Of a DNA stretch of 64,000 nt, positions 17,965 through 28,365 are shown piece by piece. The stretch spans positions 1,536,001 to 1,600,000 of the forward strand of contig NZ_JAQNDL010000002.1 in NCBI RefSeq assembly GCF_028368995.1, read 5' to 3'. This DNA comes from Nannocystis bainbridge. Lineage in GTDB: Bacteria; Myxococcota_A; Polyangia; Nannocystales; Nannocystaceae. Numbering within the stretch: position 1 is the stretch's first letter; every line of letters begins with the position of its first letter. Made by a program: the position numbers and the translations under genes. The notes under the pieces are model-generated. The model was not told the origin of the DNA, did not search any database, and saw only the letters and a list, made by a program, of their open reading frames with translations.

Positions 17965-18381
17965 ATGAAGCACGCGATCCTGATCCTCACCTCGGTGGTG
18001 CTCGGCGCCTGTGACCCCGAGATCGAGCCCGGCCTCGAGGCCGAGATCGTCGATGTCGACGCCTCGCTACCCCTAGCGGCTCGTCCGTCTGACGATTTTA
18101 TCGCCCTGGAGTGGTCGCTCGCGGCGAAGATCGACGCCCAGCTCGGCCGCGATGCCTTCGTCGGAATCGGCGAGCCTCCGCGCCCGATCGAGAAATTCCG
18201 CCTCCCGGAATACGAGGATGAGACGGAACTGGTCCACTGCGAGGACAACGGCAAGGCGTCGTGCTTCTGTTTCGGGGTTACGAGCTGTAAGAGCGCGCGG
18301 TGGGCCTCGGTCTGTGCGCCTGGCACGGAGGACTGCGGCATCGTCTCCTGCACGTGCGACTGGAAGCCTCCGCAGAAGTGA
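17965..18381 (+). CDS. Cys-rich lipoprotein
   Basis: Lipobox VLGAC; Cys-rich C-terminus. Confidence 0.7.
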   Translation: MKHAILILTSVVLGACDPEIEPGLEAEIVDVDASLPLAARPSDDFIALEWSLAAKIDAQLGRDAFVGIGEPPRPIEKFRLPEYEDETELVHCEDNGKASCFCFGVTSCKSARWASVCAPGTEDCGIVSCTCDWKPPQK

Positions 18382-18485
18382 GCGAGCCGCGTCCACGGGG
18401 CGCCCCGCAGAGCAAAGACCGTCGCGCCGCGCGTCGAGCGCGAAGATGCGTGACATCGCGCGCCGCGCCGCGCTACCCTCGGAGG

Positions 18486-19589
18486 ATGACGCGTCGTCTC
18501 GCCCTGGCTGCTGCCCTCGCCGCCCTCGGCTGCGGTAACGACGGCTCGCCGGCCTTCACGACCGGCCCGGGCGTGACCTCCGTGGCGCACACGTCGACCA
18601 GCTCGGACAGCACGTCGACGTCGACGTCGAGCTCGACCAGCGGCGGCGCCGAGGACAGCGCCGCGGCGAGCAGCTCGGGCGCGGCGTCGACGTTCGACAT
18701 GGCCCCGCCGCCCGACCTCGGCGACCCGACGCCCGCGGGCTGCAAGGGCAAGATCGATTTCGTGTTCGCCATCTCGGCGCTCGGGACGATGGCGACCGAG
18801 CAGGACCAGCTGATCGCCAGCCTGCCCGGCTTCATGGAGACGATCGCCAACGACTTCGCCGACTTCGACGCGCACGTCATCTCGATCAACACGGACGGCT
18901 CATGGCGCGGCGAATACTGCGAGTCACCCGCCTGGTGCTTGAACAAGGGCAACTGCGGCCCGTACGCCGTCGACTACGAATGCGGGAAGCACGTTGACCA
19001 GGTCTGGACCTGCGACAAGACCCTGGGCGCGGGCCTCATCTTCAACGCCGGGGCTAACGCGTACAACAAGCCCTGCGACCTCTACGGCGGGAACCGCTAC
19101 ATCATCGCGGGGCAGTCGGATCCGGTCGAAGCGTTCAAGTGCATCTCGCAGGTGGGCACCTTCGGCGAGGATCCGCCCCTCGCCGACTCGCTCGTCGCGT
19201 CGCTCTCGCCCGAGCTCAACGGGCCCGAGGGCTGCAACGCGGGCTTTCTGCGACCCGACGCGCTCCTGGTGTTCGTGTTCATCATGGACAATGAGGACCA
19301 GAAGTCGATCCTGAGCCCGAAGAAGGTCTACGACGCCATCGTTGCGGCGAAGGGCGGCGACGAGGACGCCGTCGTCGCGCTCGCCATCATCCCGCAGTTG
19401 CTTGAGGGCGAGCCCAAACCGTTCTGCACCTACAACGACCCCCCCATCGTGCAGCACCTCGCCGAGGTGATCGAGCGGTTCCCGTATCACGAGGCGGGCG
19501 ACGTGTGCGCGGACGAGTATGCGACGTTCTTCAACGGCGCCGCCGCGAACCTCGTCTACCAGGCGTGTAACAGCTTCATCCCGCAGTGA
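18486..19589 (+). CDS. vWA-like myxobacterial lipoprotein
   Basis: Lipobox ALGC, Ser/Thr linker, GCKGKIDFVFAIS..TM..EQ, GFLRPDALLVFVFIMDNED. Confidence 0.75.
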   Translation: MTRRLALAAALAALGCGNDGSPAFTTGPGVTSVAHTSTSSDSTSTSTSSSTSGGAEDSAAASSSGAASTFDMAPPPDLGDPTPAGCKGKIDFVFAISALGTMATEQDQLIASLPGFMETIANDFADFDAHVISINTDGSWRGEYCESPAWCLNKGNCGPYAVDYECGKHVDQVWTCDKTLGAGLIFNAGANAYNKPCDLYGGNRYIIAGQSDPVEAFKCISQVGTFGEDPPLADSLVASLSPELNGPEGCNAGFLRPDALLVFVFIMDNEDQKSILSPKKVYDAIVAAKGGDEDAVVALAIIPQLLEGEPKPFCTYNDPPIVQHLAEVIERFPYHEAGDVCADEYATFFNGAAANLVYQACNSFIPQ

Positions 19590-19629
19590 GCAGCGCCACC
19601 GGACGACGCGCGACCGCAGCGAGCAGCGC

Positions 19630-21318
19630 TCACCGGGCGACGCGCGACGCCCGGGCCTGGCGCACGCCGCCAAGCGTTCGCTCGCCGACCAGATACACCT
19701 GCTCGTAAGCGTCGAGGGCGAGCCCGTTCGCGGCCGAGGGCTCGGTCCCGATGATGAAGTGATCGAAGTTGAGGCCAGGGAGCTCGCGGCCGTAGAGCGC
19801 GCCGCGAAGGCCATCGCCGTTATGCACGACGCCAGAGAACAGGAGGGCGCCGTGGGCGGTCCATGCGACGCCCGTCCCGTACGCGACCGATGCCGGCAGC
19901 TCGCTCGTGTAGTGCGTCCTCTTGCTGCCGTCGAACGCCTGCACGGTGATCCTCTGCATGGTGCCGTCTTCCGTCGTCTCGTTCCCGACGGCGGCGACGC
20001 CGTCGGGGTGGTGCCCCGCGGCGAGGAACATGCTACGGCGCCACCCCGCGTTCACAGGCTCGGCGACGAGCGCCGGTCCGAGCGCGGCGCCGGTGTTCAC
20101 GTCCAGGGGCACGACGACGCCACGTGAACGAATCACCTGATCGATGTCGTGTTTCCCGCTGCTTGCGCCGACCACCCACGCGACGCCGTCGGCGACGACG
20201 ACGTCGAACGCGAGGTCGTCGAACTCGTGCGGCTCGACCATGTCGTTCGGCGGCAGGTAGTCCCACAGCTTCGCGCTCGCCGTGGCCACGTCCTCGCCGC
20301 TCATCCGCCAGTACACGACGTCCATGTCCCCGAGGCCCGATCCGCCGAACCCCACCGCGAAGAAGCCGCCGTCGTCGGTCACGCCGATGCCCCGCACCGT
20401 GGCGCCGGGCTCGGTCGGCGCCTCGATGCCGGTCGCGTGGCCGTCGGCGTCGAGCAGGACGATCCGCGGCTGCCACTTCTTGTTCGGGTTCACGACGTTC
20501 ATCGCCACCCACATCCAACCGTCGGCCCGCACCGCGATCGCGTCCGCCGAGCCCTCGCGCGTGTCGAGAACGATCGTCCCCTCGGCCCACATCTCGCCGC
20601 CGTTGGCCGCCGAGCGCTTGCGGATCGCCGGCTTCATCACGCCCTCGACCTCCACCGCGCCGACCTCGATCAAGTCGCCCTCGGCCGTGGCGGCCGCCCG
20701 TCGCGTCGTCGAGGCCGGCGGGGCGAGCACCGCCCAGGCTTGCCCGCCGGGCGCCGGCGTCGACACCGTGAACGGCACCGGCGGCCAGCTGGCGGCCAGC
20801 GGCCCGTGGGTCGCGCTCACCTCGACCACGTGGTCACCGTTGTCCACGGAGCCGTAGCACGGCGCGAGGCCCAGCCAGACGCCGCCGCCCTGGTCCTCGA
20901 ACGGCAGCAGCTCGACCCCGTCGAGCGTCGCGCGCACGGCGGTCGCGTGCTCGACCTCCACCAGGACGTCGACGGGCCCGGCCAGGTGAACAGCGGCGGG
21001 CACCTCGACGCCGAGGATCCGCGGCGGCAGCAGCTCGGCGTCGCCGACGCTGCCGGCCTCGGCGCCCGTGGTCCCCGTGGACGCGTCGACCGTCGCGCCG
21101 TCGCTCGCCGCGCCGTCGCTCGCCGCGCTGTCGGACGCGCTGCTGTCCGTCCCGCTCGTCGGCGAGGTCGGCGGTGCGCCCGTGGTGCTTACTGTCCCGT
21201 CGGCCATGTCGGCCGCCGCTGTGAGCGCATGGAAGCCCGGATAGTCGACGAAGCATGCCGACGTGGCGACGGTGGCGACGGCGAGGACAAGAGCGGCAGG
21301 GGCACGGCGGGCGGTCAT
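19630..21318 (-). CDS. Lipoprotein with Ig-like and beta-propeller-like regions
   Basis: Lipobox TSAC, Ser/Thr/Asp linker, repeated 'xxxIAVxxDGxxWVxG' blades. Confidence 0.7.
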   Translation of the reverse strand: MTARRAPAALVLAVATVATSACFVDYPGFHALTAAADMADGTVSTTGAPPTSPTSGTDSSASDSAASDGAASDGATVDASTGTTGAEAGSVGDAELLPPRILGVEVPAAVHLAGPVDVLVEVEHATAVRATLDGVELLPFEDQGGGVWLGLAPCYGSVDNGDHVVEVSATHGPLAASWPPVPFTVSTPAPGGQAWAVLAPPASTTRRAAATAEGDLIEVGAVEVEGVMKPAIRKRSAANGGEMWAEGTIVLDTREGSADAIAVRADGWMWVAMNVVNPNKKWQPRIVLLDADGHATGIEAPTEPGATVRGIGVTDDGGFFAVGFGGSGLGDMDVVYWRMSGEDVATASAKLWDYLPPNDMVEPHEFDDLAFDVVVADGVAWVVGASSGKHDIDQVIRSRGVVVPLDVNTGAALGPALVAEPVNAGWRRSMFLAAGHHPDGVAAVGNETTEDGTMQRITVQAFDGSKRTHYTSELPASVAYGTGVAWTAHGALLFSGVVHNGDGLRGALYGRELPGLNFDHFIIGTEPSAANGLALDAYEQVYLVGERTLGGVRQARASRVAR

Positions 21319-21330
21319 AGGGAGCCTCCG

Positions 21331-22197
21331 TCAGAATTGATACACCAACGCGGCGCCCGTGGCGCGAAGTCGCGCGCGTGAGTGTGCGCGCGGGCGCGCA
21401 AGCAGGACGGCCAGGCCGGCGGCGAGGCTCGCCCCGGCGGCGAGGCCGAGGCCGAGGGCGAGAGGTCCCAGGCGCCGGTAGCGGTCGTTCGCCTCGACCC
21501 CCGCGGCGAGCTCGGCGTCGGTCGGAGGTCGCTCGGCCCCCGTGTAAGCCGCGTTGATCGCGTCGATGTCCTCGCCCGCGTTGCGGCGCGCCACGAGGCT
21601 CGCGGCCATGCCGACGACCAAGGGCGCGGTCAGCCCCGCAAGCGTTCCACCGACCGCCAGGCGAGCCACAGAGGGCCGAGGCGGGGGGGGACTCGCCGGC
21701 GGGGCGGCCGGGCCCTCCGGAGCTGGCTCCTTCTGCGGCTCGGGCTGGACGGCGACCGCCGGCGGGCACTCTACGTCCTTGAGCCCGTCGAGCGCCTCGG
21801 CCTTGAGCCCGCCCGCTGGGTCGGCGACCTCCGCCGGGGGCGGCGGGCTGCGCTGCAGGACCAACTCCGCGTCGGCCAGCATGGCGCACAGGTGCAGCCG
21901 GGCGTCGCCGGGGACCCGCTGCGCCGCGAGCCGCCGGGCGGCGCCGGCGTACATGAGCAACTCGGCGACGGCGTCGGCATCTTCCGCCACGGCGAGCCGC
22001 TTCTCGGCGAGGGTCGCCGCGGCGACGAGCGCCTCGACCGACGCCGGCGTCGTTGTACTTGCAGGATCCGCTGCCACGATGGCCGCGAAGATCGCTGCGT
22101 TGTCCGACTCGGGCGACAGCGGCGAGACGGGCGGCGCGGCGAGGCCAGGACCGGCGAGCACCAGGGACACGAGCGCGGCGCGGGCGGGCATGGCCAT
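21331..22197 (-). CDS. Secreted helical protein with C-terminal membrane segments
   Basis: Signal peptide, Pro linker, two TM segments, terminal GAALVYQF. Confidence 0.65.
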   Translation of the reverse strand: MAMPARAALVSLVLAGPGLAAPPVSPLSPESDNAAIFAAIVAADPASTTTPASVEALVAAATLAEKRLAVAEDADAVAELLMYAGAARRLAAQRVPGDARLHLCAMLADAELVLQRSPPPPAEVADPAGGLKAEALDGLKDVECPPAVAVQPEPQKEPAPEGPAAPPASPPPPRPSVARLAVGGTLAGLTAPLVVGMAASLVARRNAGEDIDAINAAYTGAERPPTDAELAAGVEANDRYRRLGPLALGLGLAAGASLAAGLAVLLARPRAHSRARLRATGAALVYQF

Positions 22198-22282
22198 GTC
22201 ATCGCCGACTGGCCCCGCGCTGTCTATCCCCGCCTGAGCCGACCGTTGACGACGCCGCGAGGTCGACGGCAGGCTGGCGGCC

Positions 22283-24883
22283 ATGCCCCGCCGCGCCTTG
22301 GAATGGAGCGACCCGTCGCGCCCGCCGACACCTCGGGACGACCATACCGGCCGTGTCCTCGCCGATCGCTACCGCCTCGAGGGGGTGCTGGCTCAGACCA
22401 CGACCTCGACGATCTACCGAGCGCACGACAGCCGGGGGAGCGCTCCTGTGGCGGTGAAGCTCCTTCACCCTGAGATCCACGTCGACCCCGCCCGCGTCGA
22501 GCGGTTCAAGCGCGAGGCCAAGTTCCTCGCCAACTTGCGGCACACGCACCTCGCCGACTTCATCGACACCGACAGCACGCCCGAGGGACTGCTGTACATC
22601 GTCACCGCTCTTATCGATGGGCGTCCGCTTGTGGAGTGGTGCAGCGGCGACGCTCGGCTGGACGCCGAGACCGTTTGCCGGATAGGCGTGCAGGTCGCCG
22701 AGGGCTTGGCCTACATGCACCGGGCGGGCGTGCTCCACCGCGACGTGAAGGCGTCGAATATCATCTAGCCCAAAGACCAGGTCGCAAAGCTCATCGACTT
22801 TGGGCTCGCCAAGCTCACCGCGAGCGCGTCGCTTGAGCTCACCCCGCTGCGGCACCCGACAGTCGCCGGAGTGCCGCTCGGGACGCCCGGCTACATGCCG
22901 CCGGAGGCGGCCGAGGTCGTCGACGCGCGAACCGACGTGTTCGGCCTCGCCCGCACCCTGTACCGACTCCTGACGCACCTGCCCGCCCAGTCGTGGCCCG
23001 AAGGGCTGGACCAGGTGCCCGAGCCGTTGGGCAGGTTGGTGCGGGAAGCCGGCGATCCGCGGGCAGACCTTCGCCCCGCGACGATGGAAGAATTCCGCGG
23101 CCGACTCCACGCCGCCCGCGCGCACGTGGTCCCTACCCCCGCCATGCGGCCGGCGCGTCACCTGTGGCCGGTGCCCGCCGACCGCAAGCCGGCGCCACAC
23201 TCGGAGTCCGGCAACACCGCGACCCCGGCGGGCGACCCGTGTACGACCAGCCCCGCCTCGCAGCTCTTCGAGCGGCGTCTCGAGCTTCGCTTGCGGCTGC
23301 GCGCGGGTTCCACGGGCCAGACCTGGCGCGCTTACCACCACGCCCTCGGCGGCGACGTGGTCGTCAAGATCGTCCCGGCTGCCTTGGCGGAGGGCGAGGC
23401 GGGCGACAGGCTCCGGCGCGAGGCCGCCGCGCTGTTCAAGCTCCAGCACACCGCGTTCCCTCAGGTCTACGAGAGCGACAGCGCGGAGGCGGACGGCTCG
23501 CTGTACCTCGTGGAAGAGTGGATCCGGGGCGAGACGTTCGGCGACATGATGAAGCGCGGGCGGCCCGATCTCCTTCTCGCCGTCGAGCTCGTCGCGCAGG
23601 TGGCCGAGGCTCTCGCCCTGGCTCACTCCCGCGGAGTCATCCACGGCGACGTCCACCCGGGCAACTTCATGATCGAGCTCGAGGAGGCCCAGCCACCGCG
23701 CGCGCGAGTGATCGATCTGAATCACTGCGTCCTGCTGGACCACTTTTTCGCGCTCTCGGCGGAGCGCTTCGCCACGCCGCCGCACCTGCGCCCCTCCTAC
23801 CGGCCCAAGCCGGGCGGGCTGCCGGCGTTCCTGCCCCCCGAGGTAGCGAGGGGCGGCCGCCAGACCGCGCTCAGCGATCTGTATGGGCTCGGCTGCGTGC
23901 TGTTCTCCCTCATCACGGGCGCCCAGGTGCCCGCGACCGAGCTATCAGCGATCCTCGACGCCGGCGCGCGCGAGGAGTACGGCGAGCGACTCGCGGCGTA
24001 CCTCGCCGATCGTTTGCCCGACCTCGAAGAGTCCGAACTGCTCGAAGTGTTGCCCGTGGTGCTCGCCCCGGAGCCGGAGCAGCGCGCGCTGAACGTGCTT
24101 GGCGCGTTGAACATGTCCGCTTTCGCCTTGGCCCTGCGCACCACCGCCGCCTCGATCCGCGAGACGCGGACGCCCGCGGACCCCGGGCGCCCGTCTCGGC
24201 CGCAGGCCAACCCGCCGGCCTCGCCTGCGGCCTCAGCTCCGCCCGCGGCTCCGCGGGGTCCGCTGGCGCGCCGGCTCCTGCTCGCCGCCGTGGGGCTTGT
24301 GTTGCTCGGCGGTGTCCTCGGCGCCGCACTCATTACCGGGTCGTCGCGGGAGGCGAGCGCGCCGGCGGCCGAGACGATGCTCGAGCCGAGCCTGCCCCCG
24401 CAGGCGCCGTCGCGGGAGGCGAGTACGCCGGCGGCCGAGCTGATGCTCGAGCCGCCCCTGCCCTCGCCCGCGCCGTCGCGCGAGGAGAGCGAGCCGGCGG
24501 CTGATCCGACGCTCGAGCCGAGCCTGCCCGCGCCCGCGCTTGGCCAGACGCCGCCGATCCCGCCCGCGCCCGCGACGTCTCGAAAAGCCTCGCGCCGCGA
24601 ACGGCCGCAGGCGCCGCCCGAGCCAGTCACGATCGACGAGGCGACCGAGGCCGCGGCAGTCGCCCGCGCCGGCATCCGCGACCGCTGTGCGGGTGCGCCG
24701 AAGGTGATCGCGGTCGAGCTCGACATCGAGGCCGGGCGCGGCAAGGTCTCGCGGCTCAACTTCAAGCCGGCGGCGGGGTTCAATGCGGACAGCTGGGAAG
24801 AGTGCGTCCGCGGTGAGCTCGAACGCGTCGCGTACCCAAAGAGGGCGACGCGGTCGCACGTCGCCCTGCGGCTCCAACGGTAA
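22283..24883 (+). pseudogene. Tandem Ser/Thr protein kinase with TM, interrupted by a single in-frame TAG (22766-22768)
   Basis: VAVK, HRDVKASNII*PKDQVAKLIDFGLAK, GTPGYMPPE in one frame; second kinase domain with VVVK, HGDVHPGN and DLN. Confidence 0.8.
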
Positions 24884-24977
24884 GGCGAAGGGCCCGCCGG
24901 CTGCTACGCCGACGGCCCCTCATGGCGGTGACGGAGCCGGGCGGCGGGTCTCACCGCCGCGGTCGCCGACCTCGGCG

Positions 24978-25874
24978 TCAAGAGAGCGGAAGCCGGAAAT
25001 GATGGCCCGATCCTTCTTCTCTCAGCCACAGCGTGTCCCCTTGACGAGCGACCAGACGGAAGTGAGGCGGATCAGCAAAGCGAATTTCCGGAGGCATGCT
25101 CGCCGAGAAGACGTGCAGGTTGCTTCGGATGAACTCTTCGACGTTGCGCAGCGTGTGCCGCCAGTGAATTTCACGCTGCACAATCCGCGAGCTGATGCCG
25201 GACGTCGCCGGACCTCCTCCAGGCGGCACATACACTTTACCGTTCGACAACTGGAGCGGGATCCCGACGTTCGCGGCCCGAAGTTTGGCTCGTTCGGCCG
25301 GGCTCACGGGGGACGCCAGTCCGATTACTCCTTTCATTTCGAATCGCTGGAGTTCGTCTGGCCAGTTCGACAGGACGGTCTCCATCAGATGTTCGTCGGT
25401 CCAACTGTCGTGGGGTAGGATGCCGATCATCAAGAACCTCTGCGGCTGGACGAGAGCGAACAATAAGGGGCCCGTCCTCTTGATGAACCCATCACCCTCG
25501 ACGACGTCCCCGAGATGCAGGTGATGGATGCCCCAATCGTTGATCAAACGATCGTTGAAGTTGAGATCGAGGAGCCGCCTGCTGAGATGCGGGGTGAGGG
25601 GTTCGCCCGTTGTCGCCTTCCGCGCAATTTCTTGAAGCGCAGCGTCGTACTGTTGGGGGCATGAGAAGCCGCTCGCTCGCAACACCAGACGTGGAATGGC
25701 TTCGATGTCACGGAGCTTTACGTTGGCGTGCTTGAACGCGATCTGTTCGGCCGGCTCGTTCGAGGGCACGGCGTAACCTCGTCGCTGGAGATCCTGCTTG
25801 AGCAGTTCGATCCAGTCTGCATAGAGGTTCAAGAGGACTTGAGAAGGCACGGGGGGGACAGGAGCGACGGACAT
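24978..25874 (-). CDS. Lower-GC cargo (moron-like) hypothetical protein
   Basis: 298 aa; atypical codon usage; NDWGIHHLHLG..FIKRTGPLLF motif. Confidence 0.75.
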   Translation of the reverse strand: MSVAPVPPVPSQVLLNLYADWIELLKQDLQRRGYAVPSNEPAEQIAFKHANVKLRDIEAIPRLVLRASGFSCPQQYDAALQEIARKATTGEPLTPHLSRRLLDLNFNDRLINDWGIHHLHLGDVVEGDGFIKRTGPLLFALVQPQRFLMIGILPHDSWTDEHLMETVLSNWPDELQRFEMKGVIGLASPVSPAERAKLRAANVGIPLQLSNGKVYVPPGGGPATSGISSRIVQREIHWRHTLRNVEEFIRSNLHVFSASMPPEIRFADPPHFRLVARQGDTLWLREEGSGHHFRLPLS

Positions 25875-26266
25875 GGATACTCGCCGGAAAGCACTAGGCT
25901 TGCCGCGAATCTATCCGAGCGCGAAACCGTGCGGTGTCAACCACTTATGGGGCTCCCCGCCGCGGCGGGGAGCACTATTTTTATCTCCTGGGCGAAATTT
26001 TTATCTGCGAGAAGCGAATTGACGCCGTCGCCTACTTCCGGCGGGGCGTCTCCTCGCCGCTCGCCTCTCGTGCGCTAGGCGGGACTGGAACCAAATTTTA
26101 GCCCCGCAGAGGGCTCGATGGTGGACGACACGCCCCTCAAGCCGCCTAACGGCACGCTGTAGCGATCCGGCCCGCCCGTCGAGCCGGGCCGGTAGGTCGG
26201 CGCAGCCGACGAAGCGGGCCGGCGTCGACGTCGCGGGCGAGGTCCCGGTGCGAGCCGGCCGGCTCG

Positions 26267-26698
26267 CTACGCGTCGCGGGCGCGTGCCTGCTCTTCGCAG
26301 ATCGCCACCTGCAGCGCGAACCGGGCCCTTTGAGCCCGGAGGGCGGCGATCTCGTCCTTCGCTTCCTGCAGCTCGGCCAGCCGCTGGCTGTACGAGGCTT
26401 CCAGCTCGCGGCGCCTGCCCTCGTGCCACCGACTCGCCGCCCGAGCGCCCTCGTGCGCCATCTGGACCAGCATCGCGTAGACCAAGACGATCAAGAAGAA
26501 CGCCGACGCGACCGCCGCACCGATCAACGGGCCGCGCGTCATGGCGAGGCCCACGGCGAGGAGGCAGGCGGCGGGCAGCGCCACCCACCGCGCGGGGAGC
26601 ACCACCCACCGCCACAGCCAACCGAGCACGTGCCAGGCTCGGACGCCGACAGCGAAGAAGGAGTCGCCGAGACGACGGGCGAACGCCCGCGCGCTCAC
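26267..26698 (-). CDS. Two-TM protein with C-terminal coiled coil
   Basis: GTGA overlap with the upstream gene; two hydrophobic segments, then heptads. Confidence 0.6.
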   Translation of the reverse strand: MSARAFARRLGDSFFAVGVRAWHVLGWLWRWVVLPARWVALPAACLLAVGLAMTRGPLIGAAVASAFFLIVLVYAMLVQMAHEGARAASRWHEGRRRELEASYSQRLAELQEAKDEIAALRAQRARFALQVAICEEQARARDA

Positions 26699-26997
26699 GG
26701 TCCGTCCCCCTCGTCCTCGCGCGGCCGCTCCGAGAGATAACCGTCCTCGCGCAGCCCGTACGCCTCCCCGCAGTCGCAGACGAACAGCTCGCGCCCCGCG
26801 TCCCATTGGAGCACCTCGAAGATGTCTCGCCCGCAGCCCGCGCACTGGGCCCCCGCGCCGATCTCGTCGAGCTCGGGCGGCGCCCCGGCCACGGGGGCGC
26901 GCGCGAGGATCAAGCGCTCGGCATTGACGTAAATGTGGTGCGTAGCGTGGCCGACCCGCGAGGGGTGCCCGTTCTGTTTTTTGAAGGGTTCGCTCAT
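26695..26997 (-). CDS. Small Zn-ribbon protein
   Basis: CAGC...CDC motif. Confidence 0.6.
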   Translation of the reverse strand: MSEPFKKQNGHPSRVGHATHHIYVNAERLILARAPVAGAPPELDEIGAGAQCAGCGRDIFEVLQWDAGRELFVCDCGEAYGLREDGYLSERPREDEGDGP

Positions 26998-27110
26998 CGG
27001 CGGCGACCGACGGCTCCGTCTTCGCCGAATTCACTCTGTCTCAGAAACCTCAATGTCTATTCGGACATGTCCCTGCAGCCCTGGGCTTGACGCGGAACTG
27101 GCGGCGACAG

Positions 27111-27419
27111 ATGCTCTCCACCCACGATGAGCGTTTTTTTGAAGCCGTGCAACACCTGACCGTGGTCGAGACGCTGCTCGAAGCAGCACTGCAAAAAAAC
27201 GGGCGGGTCCGCGAGAGCCTGTGGGCCATAGCCTGGAACCTCGACAGCGCGCTCGTGCAGGAGCTGATTAAGCAGGATAAGTACGCCGCTTTGGGCAGCA
27301 TGACTCAAAGGCTATTTCAGGGGGTCGAGCCGCCTTCGGACGAGGTGCGGCAAGCGGCTCTGCAAGTACATCGGGACCGGCTGCAGACGGACTATTTGGA
27401 AAGACGAGGGAAGTCCTGA
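27111..27419 (+). CDS. Lower-GC hypothetical protein
   Basis: ~102 aa; opposite strand to its neighbours; followed by a terminator. Confidence 0.55.
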   Translation: MLSTHDERFFEAVQHLTVVETLLEAALQKNGRVRESLWAIAWNLDSALVQELIKQDKYAALGSMTQRLFQGVEPPSDEVRQAALQVHRDRLQTDYLERRGKS

Positions 27420-27545
27420 TGCTGATGCCCGTCTCCTGGATCGACTTCGTTCTCGGCGGGTTCATGGCTCTGTATGCGGCGACGCAATGGCGCGCAGCAC
27501 TTCAGACGCTCGGGTACCGTCCGACCGGCGACGGGCGACAACCGG

Positions 27546-27578
27546 AAGGCCCGCCGCAGTGAAACCGGCGGGCCTTTT
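27546..27578 (+). terminator. Intrinsic terminator
   Basis: aaggcccgccg-cagtgaaac-cggcgggcctttt. Confidence 0.65.
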
Positions 27579-27796
27579 CGCGTCGCTACGCCGCGCGCTT
27601 GGCCGCCCTGCTCACCGCCAGCGGCAGGAGCCGGACGTGCTCGTCGGTGCCGTACGGGACGACGCGCTGCCGGACCACTTCGATCGACCTGCCTTGGCGC
27701 TTTCGATGACCGTCGGCGACGCCGAGCGTCCAGCGTGCTTGCCGCCGCTGGAGCGGCGGACGCTGCGGCCCCGGGGGCCGCGCGCCCGGCCTCCGC

Positions 27797-28285
27797 TTAC
27801 GCTGCGGCCCGGCTAAGGGCGACCGCCCGAGGGAGCAGGCGGGCGTGCTCGGCGGAGCCGTAAGGCACGATCCGGCGCTCGGTGATCAGCCTGCACTCGG
27901 TGATCTCGATCGAGCTGTCCGCCCGCAGGCGCACCTCTCCGGCACCGGCCTTCGGCGCCTCACGTCGGCCCCGGCCTCGCGTTCGATAGTGGGTTCGCGG
28001 CGGGACCATCCGGCGCAGCGCCGGCCACTCGCGTTCGCTCCCGGCGTCGCGGTCCCGGCTCGTGCGCAGGCCGCGATCGAAGCGGCTCAGCAAGGACGGC
28101 GGCATGCCGATCGCGTGGGCGAAGTCTTTGATCTGTTCCCCGGACTCGCGGAGGCACCGGACGATCGCGGCGACCCTGCCCGGGGCCGTCGTCCATCGAC
28201 GCCGGCCCCGGGTGTCCTCGCGGATGCTCGCCACCTCCTCACGGGCGCGAGCGATGAAGTTTGTATTCGTAGGGACTTCTCTCAT
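27797..28285 (-). CDS. HTH-containing protein
   Basis: LRESGEQIKDFAHAIGMPPSLLSRF. Confidence 0.55.
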   Translation of the reverse strand: MREVPTNTNFIARAREEVASIREDTRGRRRWTTAPGRVAAIVRCLRESGEQIKDFAHAIGMPPSLLSRFDRGLRTSRDRDAGSEREWPALRRMVPPRTHYRTRGRGRREAPKAGAGEVRLRADSSIEITECRLITERRIVPYGSAEHARLLPRAVALSRAAA

Positions 28286-28365
28286 CTGTCTGTCTCTTCG
28301 GTCAGGCTGTTAGGGGTTGAAGGCGCCGGCGCGTGCTCGCATGAGCATGTCCGGCCGGACATGAA

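Noticed and set aside
22766-22768. Genetic-code reassignment (pyrrolysine or TAG recoding) as explanation for the kinase stop
   Set aside because: Other genes in the window end normally at TAG, and no suppressor tRNA or pyl genes are visible
24973-26028. 9-bp inverted match (cggcgtcaa / ttgacgccg) flanking the low-GC gene, as possible IS ends
   Set aside because: Too short, no transposase motifs and no target-site duplication
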